DNA of 46,225 nucleotides from Ignavibacteriales bacterium (GCA_037446075.1 JBBIJH010000004.1:1-46225); one strand, 5' to 3'; counted from the stretch's first letter, positions 1 through 11,512 are shown. A program made the numbers and translations. Notes: generated from the sequence alone by a model not told the origin.

Positions 1-522
1 AAAATCTTTCAAGACGCTGCGCTGTCGCCCCTGAAAGTGCTCAAGGATTGCCTTCCGTTGCTCCTGATAGCGGCGGCTTTCGAAGACTTCGGGGATATTC
101 TTTACAAGGTCCTCGACCAATTTCTGCATGTCAGTTTTGAGTGCGGAGCCTTTGCCCGCTGGGAGGGCAATCATGATTGGGGTGTCCTGATTCTTGAAGT
201 TGTGGACGTAGCACTTGTCCGTTAGGTTTACAGGCCGACCAGCGAATTCCTGGAGAAGGCGTTTGATCGTTGTGGTTCTTCCTGTACCCGAGAATCCAGT
301 GACGAAAATGTTGTACCCGAAATGTCTCATATCCAGACCGAGTCGGAGAGCACGCAACGCTCGCTCCTGGCCGATGATCTCTTTGGCTGGTTTGACCTCT
401 TGCGTGGTCTCGAACCCGAGAGACTTTGGGTCGCAGCGCCATCGCAGAGACTTGATTGGGACTTCTTTAAACCTGTTCTTCGCAAGAATTTTTAAAGGCC
501 GATGCGAATTCAATTGTTTCAT
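1..522 (-). CDS. Lon-like protease (LonB/LonC, COG1067-type), N-terminal part; runs off the left edge
   Basis: Translated by hand, not in the ORF track. ATG at 522 follows an in-frame TGA: MKQLNSHRPLKILAKNRFKEVPIKSLRWRCDPKSLGFETTQEVKPAKEIIGQERALRALRLGLDMRHFGYNIFVTGFSGTGRTT...DKCYVHNFKNQDTP. The 'IIGQERA..AL..GL....GYNIFV.G..GTG' and 'CYVHNF' motifs are typical of this family. Confidence 0.85.
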   Translation of the reverse strand, partial: MKQLNSHRPLKILAKNRFKEVPIKSLRWRCDPKSLGFETTQEVKPAKEIIGQERALRALRLGLDMRHFGYNIFVTGFSGTGRTTTIKRLLQEFAGRPVNLTDKCYVHNFKNQDTPIMIALPAGKGSALKTDMQKLVEDLVKNIPEVFESRRYQEQRKAILEHFQGRQRSVLKDF

Positions 523-547
523 GGTGAGTCATCTTCCAGAATTCATG

Positions 548-1765
548 TTAGTATTCTTTTCTAGCAGAGTAACAGTTAAGAAGGATGCCCACCATCACCA
601 GGGATGTAATGATGGACGATCCCCCATAACTCAAAAACGGTAGAGGAATACCAATAACGGGCATCAATCCGAGAGACATGCCGATGTTCACGATCACATG
701 AATTCCAAAGATCGATGTGATTCCGATTGCCGTAAGACTCGAGAACCTGTTCTTGACTATCGAGGCAATGCGAACTCCACGGAGGAGCAAGAACGTGAAC
801 AGGCCCAACACTACGATTGCTCCGATGAAGCCAAATTCTTCTCCCGGTACACAGAAGATAAAATCTGTCCATTGTGCGGGGATGAATCGAAGTTGTGTTT
901 GGGTGCCTTGCAGAAAGCCTCTCCCAAACAAGCCCCCCGATCCGATCGCCACCTTGGCTTGCAGCGCATTGTAACCCGCTCCCAGTGGGTCCATATCGGG
1001 AGCAAGAAATGTGGCAATCCGTTTTTGCTGGTACAGTGGGAGTCGGCTGTAAAGGTACTGCGCCGCGATCCCAATCGTTACAGAGGTCGAAAACACTACA
1101 GTGGAAGTGAAGAAGTCTCGGCGCAAGATCAACAAAAGGACAAGGACAGCGACAACAGCGATGATGAAACCCGTCGTACTTACCAAGGCAGCAGCGGCTA
1201 CCGCAAAAGGGGAAACTAAAGCAAGCGCAGTAAAGACAGAGGCCCCTGCCCAGTATAGGATCGCGGGAAACATCGCGCAGAACACGAGGGCAGTTCCAGC
1301 ATCGGGTTGCAAAATCACAAGGATGACGGGCAGCATCAACAAAACAGAGGTTGTGATCAAACCTTTTGTGCTTTCAGTTTCCGTTGTTGGCTTTGAAAGG
1401 TAAGCTGCTAGAGCAAGAACAGTCGTAAGCTTCACAAGTTCCGATGGCTGTCCCCCGATTACTCCTAGACCAATCCAGCTTGTCGATCCAGCGATCGTTC
1501 TTCCTTTGCCCAAGACGAAGACAAGTGTGAGAAGAGACAAGATGTAGAGGGGAAGGGCAGCATCCTGAAGTAAACGGCGCGGGACGAAAAGAACCAGAGC
1601 CATTCCCAGAAATCCCATTGCAGCCCAGATGATCTGTCGATGAAAATTCACAGAAGCTCCCGCAGCGTGCGTGGCACTGTAGACCGAGATCAATCCAATC
1701 ACGACCAGTGCTAGCACGGTGAGGAACGTCTTAAAGTCAAAGTACTCTTTGAAATAGACATTCAT
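548..1765 (-). CDS. rodA: Rod shape-determining protein RodA (SEDS family)
   Basis: Multi-TM protein with QPSELVK, QPDAGTA, AIGSGG, TDFIF and [10 protein letters not shown] motifs; lies directly downstream of PBP2. Confidence 0.95.
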   Translation of the reverse strand: MNVYFKEYFDFKTFLTVLALVVIGLISVYSATHAAGASVNFHRQIIWAAMGFLGMALVLFVPRRLLQDAALPLYILSLLTLVFVLGKGRTIAGSTSWIGLGVIGGQPSELVKLTTVLALAAYLSKPTTETESTKGLITTSVLLMLPVILVILQPDAGTALVFCAMFPAILYWAGASVFTALALVSPFAVAAAALVSTTGFIIAVVAVLVLLLILRRDFFTSTVVFSTSVTIGIAAQYLYSRLPLYQQKRIATFLAPDMDPLGAGYNALQAKVAIGSGGLFGRGFLQGTQTQLRFIPAQWTDFIFCVPGEEFGFIGAIVVLGLFTFLLLRGVRIASIVKNRFSSLTAIGITSIFGIHVIVNIGMSLGLMPVIGIPLPFLSYGGSSIITSLVMVGILLNCYSARKEY

Positions 1766-3609
1766 CGCAGCGTAGATCTGACGCTCGAGAGGGGCGCCGA
1801 GCTTGTCTCGCTTGCTTCAAGCTTTTGTCTCGGTGGCTTACCCGGCTCCGATTCTCCTTTTAGGTATTTCTCGATTAACTTCCCCGCGAGGGGAGCTGCT
1901 TGAGTACCTCCAAATCCCGCGTTTTCCACGAGGATGCAGACAGCGATCCTCGGATCTTCGAAGGGAGCGAAGCCGATGAACCACGCGTGATCTTTCCCGT
2001 GTGGATTCTGCGCCGTCCCCGTTTTCCCAGCAATTTCGATTCCGGGTACACGTGCTGACCTCCCCGTTCCTCCTGTGCCATTTACCACGAGAACCATACC
2101 CTGCCGCACGACATCCCAAACCTCGGGTGAAACCGGCAAAGTCCGGCTTCGATGGAGAAGCGTGTCTGTTTTTCCGACTCTCTTGTTGTAGATCGCTCGG
2201 ACGACGTGCGGTTGGTAGACTGTACCTTTATTCGCGATAACCATGGCGTAGGAGGCCATCTGAAGGGGCGAAGCGCCCACCTCACCCTGCCCGATAGCGA
2301 GACTTACGAGATAGCCTCGAGTCCATTTTCCTTTCCCATAAACTTTGTCAAAGTATTCTTCGGAGGGAAGAAGTCCAGCCGTTTCCTCACCGATGTCGAT
2401 TCCTGTAGGGCTTCCGAAACCGTACAAAGCCCCATACTTTGACCAAAAAGTCAAGCCAGTCTTCAGCATCAAATTGTAGAAGAAGACGTTGCACGACTTC
2501 TCAATTGCCTCGACGACGTTAACCGAGCCGTGTCCCTTCTGAGTATGGCACTTGAAGGTCCTGTTCCCAAATCGGAAGTAGGCGTGACATGTGATCCGCC
2601 AGTTCGTATCGATGATTTTCTCTTGGAGTGCTGCCGTGGCCAGAACCATTTTGAATGTCGATCCCGGCGGATAACGCGTCATTGTAGCACGGTTGAAGAG
2701 CGGTTTTTCAGGATGGGCATTCAGCGAATCCCAGATCTCTGGAGGTGTCACGCCACTAAAATTCGCAAGGTCATAGTCCGGTTTGCTCACAATGGCCAGA
2801 ACCTCGCCATTTCGTGGATCGAGGGCCACAATGGCTCCTCGCTTATCTGCCATCAACGTCTCAGCAAATTCCTGCAGTCCGGCATCAAGAGAGAGGTAAA
2901 TGTCGTATCCTTCCTTCGGGGGAATGTCACTACGGCCCTCATTGTAGGGACCCACAATTTGTCCGACAGCATTCACCAGCTGATATTCAAATCCCTTTTC
3001 TCCGCGGAGCGCGCTCTCATATTTAGCTTCTAAGCCCGCGGCACCAATGAGGTCTCCAGGCTTGTAGTATTCACCCGCCTCCGCCAGTTGTCGGTCAGAA
3101 ATTTCTCGTGCGTATCCAAAGAGGTGGGAGGCACGGGCCGGGGTTCGATACGATCGTCTCGTCTCGACCTGATAGCTGACCCCCGGCAGGCGATCTCGGT
3201 TCTCTTCGATGAGTGCGAGTGTCCGAAACTCCGCATCCCGCCGGATGCGTGCGGGGGCGAAAATGGAGTATTGTCTGCCGCGTCGGATGCGTTCCCGGAT
3301 CGTGGCCGTATCTAGACGTAGGATGGAAGAGAGAAGTGGAAGGGCACTCTCCTTGAATTCACTGGGAGTTATGGTCACTGTATACGAAGCACGGCTGTCA
3401 ACCATCAGCTTTCCGTTCCGATCGAACATGCAGCCCCGGATCGGCTCCCTGACCACTGCACGGATGCTGTTCTCCTCAGCTTTTTTTCCGTAGCGCGCTT
3501 CACTTAAGAGTTGAAGTTGAACAAGGCGTAGAGCGAAAACGAGAGCGACGCCACCGATCGTAATGTAGAAGGCTTTGCTGCGAGTCACCAGTTGTGATTC
3601 TTCAGTCAT
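1762..3609 (-). CDS. mrdA: Penicillin-binding protein 2
   Basis: N-terminal TM, SxxK (PPGSTFK), SxN (SCNVFFY) and KTG (GKTGTAQ) motifs; mre cluster context. Confidence 0.95.
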   Translation of the reverse strand: MTEESQLVTRSKAFYITIGGVALVFALRLVQLQLLSEARYGKKAEENSIRAVVREPIRGCMFDRNGKLMVDSRASYTVTITPSEFKESALPLLSSILRLDTATIRERIRRGRQYSIFAPARIRRDAEFRTLALIEENRDRLPGVSYQVETRRSYRTPARASHLFGYAREISDRQLAEAGEYYKPGDLIGAAGLEAKYESALRGEKGFEYQLVNAVGQIVGPYNEGRSDIPPKEGYDIYLSLDAGLQEFAETLMADKRGAIVALDPRNGEVLAIVSKPDYDLANFSGVTPPEIWDSLNAHPEKPLFNRATMTRYPPGSTFKMVLATAALQEKIIDTNWRITCHAYFRFGNRTFKCHTQKGHGSVNVVEAIEKSCNVFFYNLMLKTGLTFWSKYGALYGFGSPTGIDIGEETAGLLPSEEYFDKVYGKGKWTRGYLVSLAIGQGEVGASPLQMASYAMVIANKGTVYQPHVVRAIYNKRVGKTDTLLHRSRTLPVSPEVWDVVRQGMVLVVNGTGGTGRSARVPGIEIAGKTGTAQNPHGKDHAWFIGFAPFEDPRIAVCILVENAGFGGTQAAPLAGKLIEKYLKGESEPGKPPRQKLEASETSSAPLSSVRSTLR

Positions 3610-4112
3610 CGCAGTAGCACTCTGTCTCCTCGGGCTCTCGAGAAACCAAAGATGGGCAAGAAGCTTAACACAGAAGTATAGGCTGTCGTTGTCATGCCAT
3701 AGAGGAACAGGGTTCGCCAGAAAGGCATTTCGGACCCCTGAACGAAAATCGAGAAATAAATAACGTTGTGAACCATCGAAACCAGCATAGTCAGAACGGT
3801 GTATCGATAGCTGGCCAACGTCTGCTCCATTTTTTCTTCGTTGTAGAAATACCCGGCGACAAAGCCGCTAACAGTCTTCGATAGCGCAGACAGCCCTATG
3901 AAATCTCCCCCGATGACATCAAGTGTAAGCCCAAGAACAAACCCAGCGACGGTTGCATGAATCTGGCCAAAACGTAATGCAAGATACACCAGCCAGAGGA
4001 CGATTGCATCGGGGGTAACTCCACCCACGGAAATGAATCGGAGAAAAGTTGTCTGGATGAGAATGAGGATGACTGTAATGACTGCATATCGAATCGAAAG
4101 AGACGTTTTCAT
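3606..4112 (-). CDS. mreD: Rod shape-determining protein MreD
   Basis: Small hydrophobic protein with TPD and GF.LGL..D motifs, located between mreC and mrdA. Confidence 0.9.
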   Translation of the reverse strand: MKTSLSIRYAVITVILILIQTTFLRFISVGGVTPDAIVLWLVYLALRFGQIHATVAGFVLGLTLDVIGGDFIGLSALSKTVSGFVAGYFYNEEKMEQTLASYRYTVLTMLVSMVHNVIYFSIFVQGSEMPFWRTLFLYGMTTTAYTSVLSFLPIFGFSRARGDRVLLR

Positions 4113-4143
4113 GCGAAAGGCCGATCACCGAATGAGTCCTGAC

Positions 4144-4971
4144 TCATCGACGTGCCCGTAGCTCCAACTGCATGCGGGCCGAGTCAGGCTGGAATTTCAT
4201 CACGAACACTTCCTCCAGTGCTGTGAAATCGACTGCGTTCTCAATTTCGATGCGCTGAAAGAGACTTCCCGGTTGCTGGGTCACGGACGCCACGACGCCG
4301 ATTCGCAGACCGGGCGGATACGTGTTACTGTACTCTGAGGTTTCGGCGATGTCTCCCACTTTTACATCGAGTGTCTTGGGCACGTTCTTCATCAGGCTGT
4401 ACCTGCCGCCTTCCCACGCAATGATCCCGTCAACGCGGCTGCGCTGAATCTTCGCACTTGCACGGAAATCGCGATTCAACACAATTTGCCCGATCGAATA
4501 CGCCGGACTCGTGGCAAGGATCTTCCCCACCAGCCCGGCGTCGGTGACGATGGGCATCCCCACCCTGACCCCGTCTTTCTCACCCGCATGGAGCGTGATC
4601 GTATTTCGAAGAAGGTAGAGGCTTTTCCCAACTACCTTTGCGGGGATCACCTCATAGCGTGTTGTTTCTTTGAATCCCAGCAGTCGACGCAAACGGAGAT
4701 TTTCCAATCGTGCCTCGCGTAGTTGATTGACCTCGTCCGCGAGGTTGAGATTCACCTGCCGGAGAACTTCATTCTCTCTCTGGATTTGGAAGAAATTCGG
4801 CACGAAGGATAGAGTCTCCTGAACCCTGCCGACCACCGCGATACCAATCGCCCGAATCCGACGAATCTGCTGGTTATCATTCTCTGCCATAAACGCGACA
4901 GATGCAACGACTAAGAGAGCAAGGAGAAAGTACTCTCGGAACTGCTGCACTATGAGAAACAAACGCCTCAT
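4144..4971 (-). CDS. mreC: Rod shape-determining protein MreC
   Basis: TM segment, coiled coil (ENLRLRRLLGF), GLVGKI and YPPGL motifs. ATG at 4971 preferred over TTG at 4983. Confidence 0.93.
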   Translation of the reverse strand: MRRLFLIVQQFREYFLLALLVVASVAFMAENDNQQIRRIRAIGIAVVGRVQETLSFVPNFFQIQRENEVLRQVNLNLADEVNQLREARLENLRLRRLLGFKETTRYEVIPAKVVGKSLYLLRNTITLHAGEKDGVRVGMPIVTDAGLVGKILATSPAYSIGQIVLNRDFRASAKIQRSRVDGIIAWEGGRYSLMKNVPKTLDVKVGDIAETSEYSNTYPPGLRIGVVASVTQQPGSLFQRIEIENAVDFTALEEVFVMKFQPDSARMQLELRARR

Positions 4972-5009
4972 ATTGGCCCCCAAAGGAAAGATGGCGGGAA
5001 GGAGCCGAC

Positions 5010-6035
5010 CTAGTAGCGTCGACTCTTGAGGAGAACTTTAGAATATTGATTGAGGTTCTCCAGCACTTTTCCTGTTCCTCGCACAACCGCAGTCAGCGGA
5101 TCCTCCGCTACATGGACGGGGAGGCCTGTCTCCAGCCTCAGACGCTCGTCAAGCCCTCGCAGCATCGCACCGCCGCCAGTCAGCATGATGCCCCGGTCGA
5201 GGATGTCGGACGAGAGTTCTGGAGGAGTGCGTTCGAGTGCGAGTTTCACTGCATTGACGATCTGCGAGATGCATTCGTTCAGTGATTCCCGAATCTCTGC
5301 GGAACTTCCCTCCGTTGTCTTTGGAACCGCGTTGACGAGGTCGCGTCCCTTCACCTGAATATTAATCTCTTCCTTCATTGGCATCGCCGAGCCAACCTCA
5401 CACTTGATCGCCTCCGCCGTCCGCTCGCCAATCAAAAGATTATGATTTTTCTTGAAGTACTGGATGATGGCGTTGTTCATCTCATCACCGGCGATCCGGA
5501 TGGACTCCTCGTTGACGATTCCTGAGAGGGCAATGATGGCGATCTCCGTCGTTCCGCCACCGATGTCTACAACCATATTCCCGACGGGTGCATCGACGTC
5601 CAGGCCAATTCCAATTGCGGCCGCCATTGGTTCCGCGATCAGATGGACCTCCTTTGCCCCCGCATGCTCAGCGGAATCTCGCACCGCTCGCTTCTCCACC
5701 TCCGTAATACCACTCGGAACAGAGATCACGATCCGTCTACTCGGCATCCAGTTGGCGTGGATCTTCTTGATGAACTCTCTCAGCATCCCTTCTGCAATCT
5801 CGAAGTCAGCGATGACGCCATCTTTCATCGGTCGGATCGTGCGGATGTCGCGATGCGTGCGCCCCACCATCTCCCGTGCTTCATTCCCGATGGCAACGAT
5901 CTTCTTCGTGTTCCGGTCGAAAGCAACAGTCGAAGGCTCGTGGAGGACGATGCCTTTGCCTTTCATCCAGATTTTAGTATTCGCGGTGCCGAGATCGATG
6001 GCGAGGTCGGCGGAGAAAATCGAGAAGAGGCCCAT
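5010..6035 (-). CDS. mreB: Actin-like protein MreB
   Basis: IDLGTANT, GVIADF, EPMAAAIG, VDIGGGTTE and LTGGGA motifs. Confidence 0.98.
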   Translation of the reverse strand: MGLFSIFSADLAIDLGTANTKIWMKGKGIVLHEPSTVAFDRNTKKIVAIGNEAREMVGRTHRDIRTIRPMKDGVIADFEIAEGMLREFIKKIHANWMPSRRIVISVPSGITEVEKRAVRDSAEHAGAKEVHLIAEPMAAAIGIGLDVDAPVGNMVVDIGGGTTEIAIIALSGIVNEESIRIAGDEMNNAIIQYFKKNHNLLIGERTAEAIKCEVGSAMPMKEEINIQVKGRDLVNAVPKTTEGSSAEIRESLNECISQIVNAVKLALERTPPELSSDILDRGIMLTGGGAMLRGLDERLRLETGLPVHVAEDPLTAVVRGTGKVLENLNQYSKVLLKSRRY

Positions 6036-6047
6036 GTCAGATTAATT

Positions 6048-6075
6048 CAAAATGCAAAATGCAAGATTGAAAATT
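6048..6075 (+). repeat. Four imperfect tandem heptamers (caaaatg caaaatg caagatt gaaaatt)
   Basis: Read directly in the purH-mreB spacer. Confidence 0.55.
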
Positions 6076-6104
6076 ACTAGGGTTTCTCGCACTTAAGTTC
6101 TGAT

Positions 6105-7649
6105 TCAGTGTCTGAAGTGTCGCACTCCCGTAAACACCATCGCAATGTTGCTGTCGTCCGCTGCCTTAATGACTTCCTCATCACGCACAGACCCTCCGGG
6201 TTGAATCACCGCTGTTGCACCTGCACATACTGCTTCAAGCAGTCCATCTGCAAACGGGAAGAAGCCGTCCGATGCTACGACTGTGCCCTTCAGGTCAAGC
6301 CCCGCCTCTTTAGCTTTCCATGCTGCGAGCTTTGATGCGTCGACCCGCGACATCTGTCCCGCACCGATTCCTATCGTGCGGTCTTTTCTGGCGTACACGA
6401 TGGCGTTGGACTTCACATGCTTGGCAACCTTCCATGCAAAAAGCATCGCTTCGAGTTCTTCCTCGCTCGGTTTCCGCTTTGTGACGACTTTCAGCTTGTC
6501 TGGCGATAAGCGATAATCATCAAGCTGCTGGACAAGATAGCCGCCGATGACCGCCCGGATATCAAGGCTTTGCAGTCCTCTGAGTTCGCCTTTTTGCTTG
6601 ATCAACCGTCGGTCTTTTTTCTTCTTCAGGAGCTCTAAAACATCCTCAGGATACTCCGGAGCAATTACCACCTCGGTATAAATCTCGTTGATGGCCGCGG
6701 CAGTTTGGATGTCTAGAGGACGGTTCACGGCAACAATACCACCAAAGGCAGATTTCCCATCAGTCGCAAGAGCTTTCTGATAAGCATCCATTAATCTCTC
6801 AGCAGAAGCGACACCACATGGATTATTATGCTTTACAATGACTGCCGTTGGCTCGTCGAATTCCGCCACGAGGTGCACGGCAGCGTTGATATCAAGGATG
6901 TTATTGAACGATAGCTCCTTCCCGTGAAGCTTCTCAAAGTATCTCCCAAACCCACCGTAAAGAGCAGCCGCCTGGTGGGGGTTTTCTCCGTAGCGGAGTA
7001 GCTCGGCTCTCGAGGCTTGGACGCGGAGTTCAGGCGGGAGGGTCGCTGACTCCTTGCCGTTTTTTCGTCCAAGGAATTGAGAAATCACGTTATCGTAGTG
7101 CGCTGTATACCGAAACGCCTCCTGCGCAAGTTCAAAGCACGTCTTTTCCGAGAGGCTTCCACCACTTTCTCTCATCTCAGCAAGAATGCGACTGTATTGA
7201 GATGGGCTTGTCACGACTGCTTTGGACTTGAAGTTCTTGGCTGCGGCACGCAGCATCGCGGGCCCCCCAATGTCGATCTGGTCGAGCGCTTCCTCCAGCG
7301 TCACGTTATTGCGACGGACGGTTTCTTCAAACGGATAGAGGTTCACGACGATGAGATCAATAGGCTCAATTCCGAGTTCTTCCATCTGCTGCCGATGGCC
7401 CGGGTCGTCTGGCTTGCCTAACAGAGCTCCATGGATCTTCGGATGGAGAGTCTTCACTCTGCCATCGAGTATTTCCGGAAAATTTGTGATTTCGGAGACA
7501 GGATGGGTATACACCGAGTGCTCTCGCAGGAGCGCTTCTGTACCGCCTGTGGAGATAATCTCCACCCCCATCTCTTGGAGAGATCTCGCAAGCTCCACAA
7601 CGTTTGTCTTGTCAGACACGCTGATGAGGGCGCGGCGAATCTTGACCAC
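6105..7649 (-). CDS. purH: Bifunctional AICAR transformylase/IMP cyclohydrolase
   Basis: [48 protein letters not shown] and TGVRHFRH motifs. Confidence 0.98.
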   Translation of the reverse strand: MVKIRRALISVSDKTNVVELARSLQEMGVEIISTGGTEALLREHSVYTHPVSEITNFPEILDGRVKTLHPKIHGALLGKPDDPGHRQQMEELGIEPIDLIVVNLYPFEETVRRNNVTLEEALDQIDIGGPAMLRAAAKNFKSKAVVTSPSQYSRILAEMRESGGSLSEKTCFELAQEAFRYTAHYDNVISQFLGRKNGKESATLPPELRVQASRAELLRYGENPHQAAALYGGFGRYFEKLHGKELSFNNILDINAAVHLVAEFDEPTAVIVKHNNPCGVASAERLMDAYQKALATDGKSAFGGIVAVNRPLDIQTAAAINEIYTEVVIAPEYPEDVLELLKKKKDRRLIKQKGELRGLQSLDIRAVIGGYLVQQLDDYRLSPDKLKVVTKRKPSEEELEAMLFAWKVAKHVKSNAIVYARKDRTIGIGAGQMSRVDASKLAAWKAKEAGLDLKGTVVASDGFFPFADGLLEAVCAGATAVIQPGGSVRDEEVIKAADDSNIAMVFTGVRHFRH

Positions 7650-7651
7650 TG

Positions 7652-8284
7652 TTAGTCCTTGTCTTCGAGAATTGTCACCTGACCATCATTCACTCGTACT
7701 CGGTCCTCAGCAAAAAGTTGGAGAACCTCGGGGTACAGCTGGTGCTCGACAGTATGGATCTTTGCTGCCAGAGTTTCAGGGGTCTCACCGTCTTCGACCG
7801 GCACCGTGTGCTGCTTCACAATCGGCCCGTGGTCATATTCTTCATCGACGATGTGCACTGTGGCGCCGGAGACTTTTCTTCCGGCTCTGAGCACTTCCTC
7901 ATGGACGCGGAGCCCATACATCCCTCGTCCGCCAAAGTCTGGCAGAAGTGCAGGATGAATGTTGAGGATTCGATGCTGGAATCTACGCACGATACTCGGG
8001 GATAGCTTCTTCATATACCCCGCAAGGACAATGAAGTTTACTCTATGTTGGGCAAGCACGTCCATCAGTGCTCTTTCAAAGGACTCCTCGGTAGGGAACT
8101 GCTTCTGGCTAAGGTGGTATGCTGGAATGTTGTGGGCATGGGCGATTTCTAAGACGGGAGCACCAGAGTTGTTGCTGATGACCACAGAGACAGTGACGTT
8201 ACGGAGCTTTCCTGTTTCAATCGCCCGGAGGATCGCTTCGCAGTTGGATCCTCGTCCGGAGGCAAACACCGCGACATTGAGCAT
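7652..8284 (-). CDS. purN: Phosphoribosylglycinamide formyltransferase
   Basis: ASGRGSN, LAGYM, NIHPALLP.F.G, GATVH and YDHGPI motifs. Confidence 0.97.
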   Translation of the reverse strand: MLNVAVFASGRGSNCEAILRAIETGKLRNVTVSVVISNNSGAPVLEIAHAHNIPAYHLSQKQFPTEESFERALMDVLAQHRVNFIVLAGYMKKLSPSIVRRFQHRILNIHPALLPDFGGRGMYGLRVHEEVLRAGRKVSGATVHIVDEEYDHGPIVKQHTVPVEDGETPETLAAKIHTVEHQLYPEVLQLFAEDRVRVNDGQVTILEDKD

Positions 8285-8318
8285 GCACTCACCCTGCCAC
8301 TAGAACAACGAGCGATAG

Positions 8319-8347
8319 AATGTAAATATTATTTGGAAGATTGTCAA
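8319..8347 (-). promoter_or_regulatory. sigma70-type promoter for purN-purH (possibly continuing into mre)
   Basis: Minus strand reads TTGACA-N17-TACATT, about 35 nt upstream of the purN ATG. Confidence 0.7.
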
Positions 8348-8360
8348 TTTCAGCCTGCGC

Positions 8361-9314
8361 TCAGGCGACTGCGCTCTCCAGAAACTCCAAGCTTCCGGCA
8401 CGTGCACTGATTCTTGCCTTGAGGCCAATGGGCATCGTTAGCTTTTGCGGGATGTGACCGAAAGCTACGTTGGAAAGAATTGGGATCTTCAAGTCCTCCA
8501 GCAGTTCCCTCTGCACGTCTTCCACGGTGAGACTTGGCTTGCTTTTGTCAGCTGGCACACAATCCGCGAAAGAACCAAGGATGAGTCCCTTAATTGCTCT
8601 CAATATCCCGGCAAGTTTCAATTGAGTAAGCATCCGGTCAACGCGGTAGGGTTCTTCACCCACTTCCTCCAGAAAAAGAATTTGATTGGCATAGTCCGGC
8701 TGAAAGGGAGTTCCCATGAGAGAGATAATCATTGATAAGTTTCCACCGAGAAGTCTTCCCTTCGCGGGGGACTTTTTGGTTTGAGATCCAAAGCGGCGTA
8801 ATCTTTCTCCACCGGGATTCATAACTTTTCCAAGAGAAAGGGGAGAGGTGATCAACCTCCAGAAGAATTCTTCCGTGGAGGGATCCATCTTCTGGAACAT
8901 CTCCACTGCAACCATCGGCCCAGAGAAGGTGATCAAATTCACCTTCTTAAAGATTGCAAGCTGGAGTGCAGTAATGTCACTGTAACCAACAAGGATCTTC
9001 GGATTCCGCCGGATGAGATCGTAATCGATCTTCGGCAGCAGTCGCGGTGTTCCGTATCCTCCTCGAGCCATGAAGATTGCTTTCACCGAGTGGTCAGCAA
9101 ACATGGCGTGGAGGTCGGCAAGCCGTTCCGCATCCCTTCCGGCGAGGTATCCGTGGACATTCTTCGCATGCTTTCCAAGCTTGACTCGATAACCAAGTCG
9201 TTCGAGATACCGGATCCCCTTGTCAATTTTCTCGGGTGAGGAAGGAGCGCTTCCTGGTGCGATCACTCCGATGACATCATTCGGTTTCAGGGGTGGAGGT
9301 TTGAGAACCGTCAC
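8361..9314 (-). CDS. LD-carboxypeptidase, peptidase S66 family (LdcA/MccF-like)
   Basis: ARGGYG, GYSDIT (catalytic Ser), GGNLS, LFLEEVGE (Glu) and FGH (His) motifs. Confidence 0.92.
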   Translation of the reverse strand: MTVLKPPPLKPNDVIGVIAPGSAPSSPEKIDKGIRYLERLGYRVKLGKHAKNVHGYLAGRDAERLADLHAMFADHSVKAIFMARGGYGTPRLLPKIDYDLIRRNPKILVGYSDITALQLAIFKKVNLITFSGPMVAVEMFQKMDPSTEEFFWRLITSPLSLGKVMNPGGERLRRFGSQTKKSPAKGRLLGGNLSMIISLMGTPFQPDYANQILFLEEVGEEPYRVDRMLTQLKLAGILRAIKGLILGSFADCVPADKSKPSLTVEDVQRELLEDLKIPILSNVAFGHIPQKLTMPIGLKARISARAGSLEFLESAVA

Positions 9315-9799
9315 GGATTTCCGGCGACTGGAACTTGTGGAAGGTTGGCGGACAACGTTGCTAATATAGAGAGAAAAGATGGAAAAACAAACACAGAACC
9401 TTTGGGTCCAGCTGGGAAAACCGCTCAGCGGGGGCGGATGATCTGCCTGCAGATATTAGCATGATGCCAGGCACGCCGATAGGGTGTGCGGCGAGAGGGC
9501 CGTCTGTTTTTCTGATCTCGCTGTGGCATTATCCCGCTGGTGACACCGTACTCATTTAACATTATTCCCATGCGTAAGGTCATGCTCTTGACAGGGTGGT
9601 CGAATCTTGCTGATCGGGATTGGCTCAGGAAGAAAAAATCAAGGCCGCCTGCACCACTTCGGGTAGAATTTTGATGAGGCCGTGCGAACTCTTGACTTTC
9701 ATTATCAAATTTTAGAAATTGGAATTAAATCCTTTCGCATTGTCCCTATACTTTTGAAAACAGGCAAATCCAAAGGACCCAAGGGCGCGATCGTCTTTC

Positions 9800-11473
9800 T
9801 TGAAATCCGCCCTCAAAGCTGCCATGGAACCTTCTTCGAGCAACTCTGATCAGACGATAAAGATCCTCAGGTCGTCCGCTTCGTCACAGGGCAGAAGGCG
9901 ACTGATCCGCACAACAACCGGGATCGAGCCGTATGCCGGGCCGTGGAATATAAAAACCGCGTCGCATTTGCTTCGGCGGACAGTCTTCGGTCCGACGCGT
10001 GGGGAGATTGCGGAGGCAGCTACCCGGTCCCTCGATGAGGTACTGGAGATACTCTTTCAGGATCAACCCCAACCTGATCCGCCTGTGAACCCCAGCACAG
10101 GGTTGACGTGGGTGAACTCGCCATACGATCCGACGAATGATGGAGCGTACCGAAACTACCTGAAGGCGTGGTGGCTCGGTGTCATGATGAGCCAGGGTGT
10201 CTCAATTCGCGAGAGGATGGTCCTTTTCTGGCACAACCACTTTGCAACAGAGACTGCCGATGTTCAGGATTCGCGCTACATGTACTTGCAGAATGTTCTC
10301 TTCAGGCAGTACGCGCTAGGCAATATCAAAGAACTTGTGAGAGCTGTAACGATTGATCCGGCGATGCTTCGCTACCTCAACGGCAATACGAACATCAGGG
10401 GACGAGTTCAGGAAAATTATGCACGAGAGCTTCAGGAACTCTTCACGATTGGCAAAGGACCGCAGCGAGGACCCGGAGATTATACGAACTACACTGAGCA
10501 GGATGTGCAGGCCGCGGCTCGAGTCCTGACGGGTTGGCGCGATGTCCGCGCAGCTGCTCCTCCTCGATCTGAATTTGTTCCGTCAAATCATGATCCAACG
10601 GATAAAGTCTTCTCTTCAGCCTATCAAGGGACGGTGATCCGGGGCGGCTCAACAGCATCGGACGGCCCAAGAGAATTGGATGAACTGCTCGAGATGATCT
10701 TCTCCCAGGAAGAGACTGCAAGATTTCTTTGCAGGAAGTTCTACCGCTGGTTCGTGTACTATGATATCGACGCGAACGTTGAACAGAATGTCATCGAGCC
10801 GATGGCGCAAATGCTGCGGTCGAATAACTATGAGGTGAAACCTGTACTCGAAGCCCTCTTTCGAAGCGCCCATTTCTTTGATGAGAATAACATTGGCTGT
10901 GTCATCAAGAACCCCGTCGAGCTTGTTGTGGGGAGCTACAGGCAGTTGGGGATCAGCCTACCCGAGACGACGACCTCGGCCTATTACTCACTCCTCGGCG
11001 CTTTGCGCAACACTGCCCGAACGCTTCAGATGGACCCCCTCGATCCTCCAAGCGTCGCTGGTTGGCCAGCATACTATCAGATTCCCGATTTCTACGAGCT
11101 ATGGATCAGCACTGCAACGCTTCCAGCCCGCGGCGGCTACTCAGACTCCCTCGTGACGGGCATTCGAAGCGGCGGCTCTCGTTTCGCCGTTGATGCGATT
11201 GCCTACGCGAGGATGGTCTCGGATCCGAGCGACCCGCATAAGCTCATCGACGAGATGTCGGAGCACCTTTTTCCGATCGAGCTTACAGCCAATCAAAAGG
11301 AATACCTCCTCGGAAACGTGTTGATCCCAGGTCTCCCAGAGTATGAATGGACAGCCGAGTGGAATACTTATGCCAGCGATCCGAATAATGTTCAGAAACG
11401 AGAGGCTGTTGCTGAGAAACTTAACACTCTGCTGAGATTCATGATGCGCATGGCAGAGTTTCAATTAGCCTGA
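9800..11473 (+). CDS. DUF1800 family protein
   Basis: HLLRRT.FG, ERMVLFWHNHFAT, DPAMLRYL, ENYARELQELFTIG, YTEQDV..AARVLTGW and PPSVAGW motifs; paired with DUF1501. The start may be the ATG at 9824. Confidence 0.9.
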   Translation: MKSALKAAMEPSSSNSDQTIKILRSSASSQGRRRLIRTTTGIEPYAGPWNIKTASHLLRRTVFGPTRGEIAEAATRSLDEVLEILFQDQPQPDPPVNPSTGLTWVNSPYDPTNDGAYRNYLKAWWLGVMMSQGVSIRERMVLFWHNHFATETADVQDSRYMYLQNVLFRQYALGNIKELVRAVTIDPAMLRYLNGNTNIRGRVQENYARELQELFTIGKGPQRGPGDYTNYTEQDVQAAARVLTGWRDVRAAAPPRSEFVPSNHDPTDKVFSSAYQGTVIRGGSTASDGPRELDELLEMIFSQEETARFLCRKFYRWFVYYDIDANVEQNVIEPMAQMLRSNNYEVKPVLEALFRSAHFFDENNIGCVIKNPVELVVGSYRQLGISLPETTTSAYYSLLGALRNTARTLQMDPLDPPSVAGWPAYYQIPDFYELWISTATLPARGGYSDSLVTGIRSGGSRFAVDAIAYARMVSDPSDPHKLIDEMSEHLFPIELTANQKEYLLGNVLIPGLPEYEWTAEWNTYASDPNNVQKREAVAEKLNTLLRFMMRMAEFQLA

Positions 11474-11512
11474 AGATCGCCCGACCATCGATTGCCAGTG
11501 TAAGGGATACTT

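Noticed and set aside
37-643. ORF-track entries 37-225, 131-442 and 215-643
   Set aside because: Shadows of the real minus-strand Lon-like gene (1-522) and of rodA.
9420-9455. Short palindromes in the S66-DUF1800 spacer (ccgctcagcgg, atctgcctgcagat)
   Set aside because: Too short and single-copy here to call a repeat element or operator.
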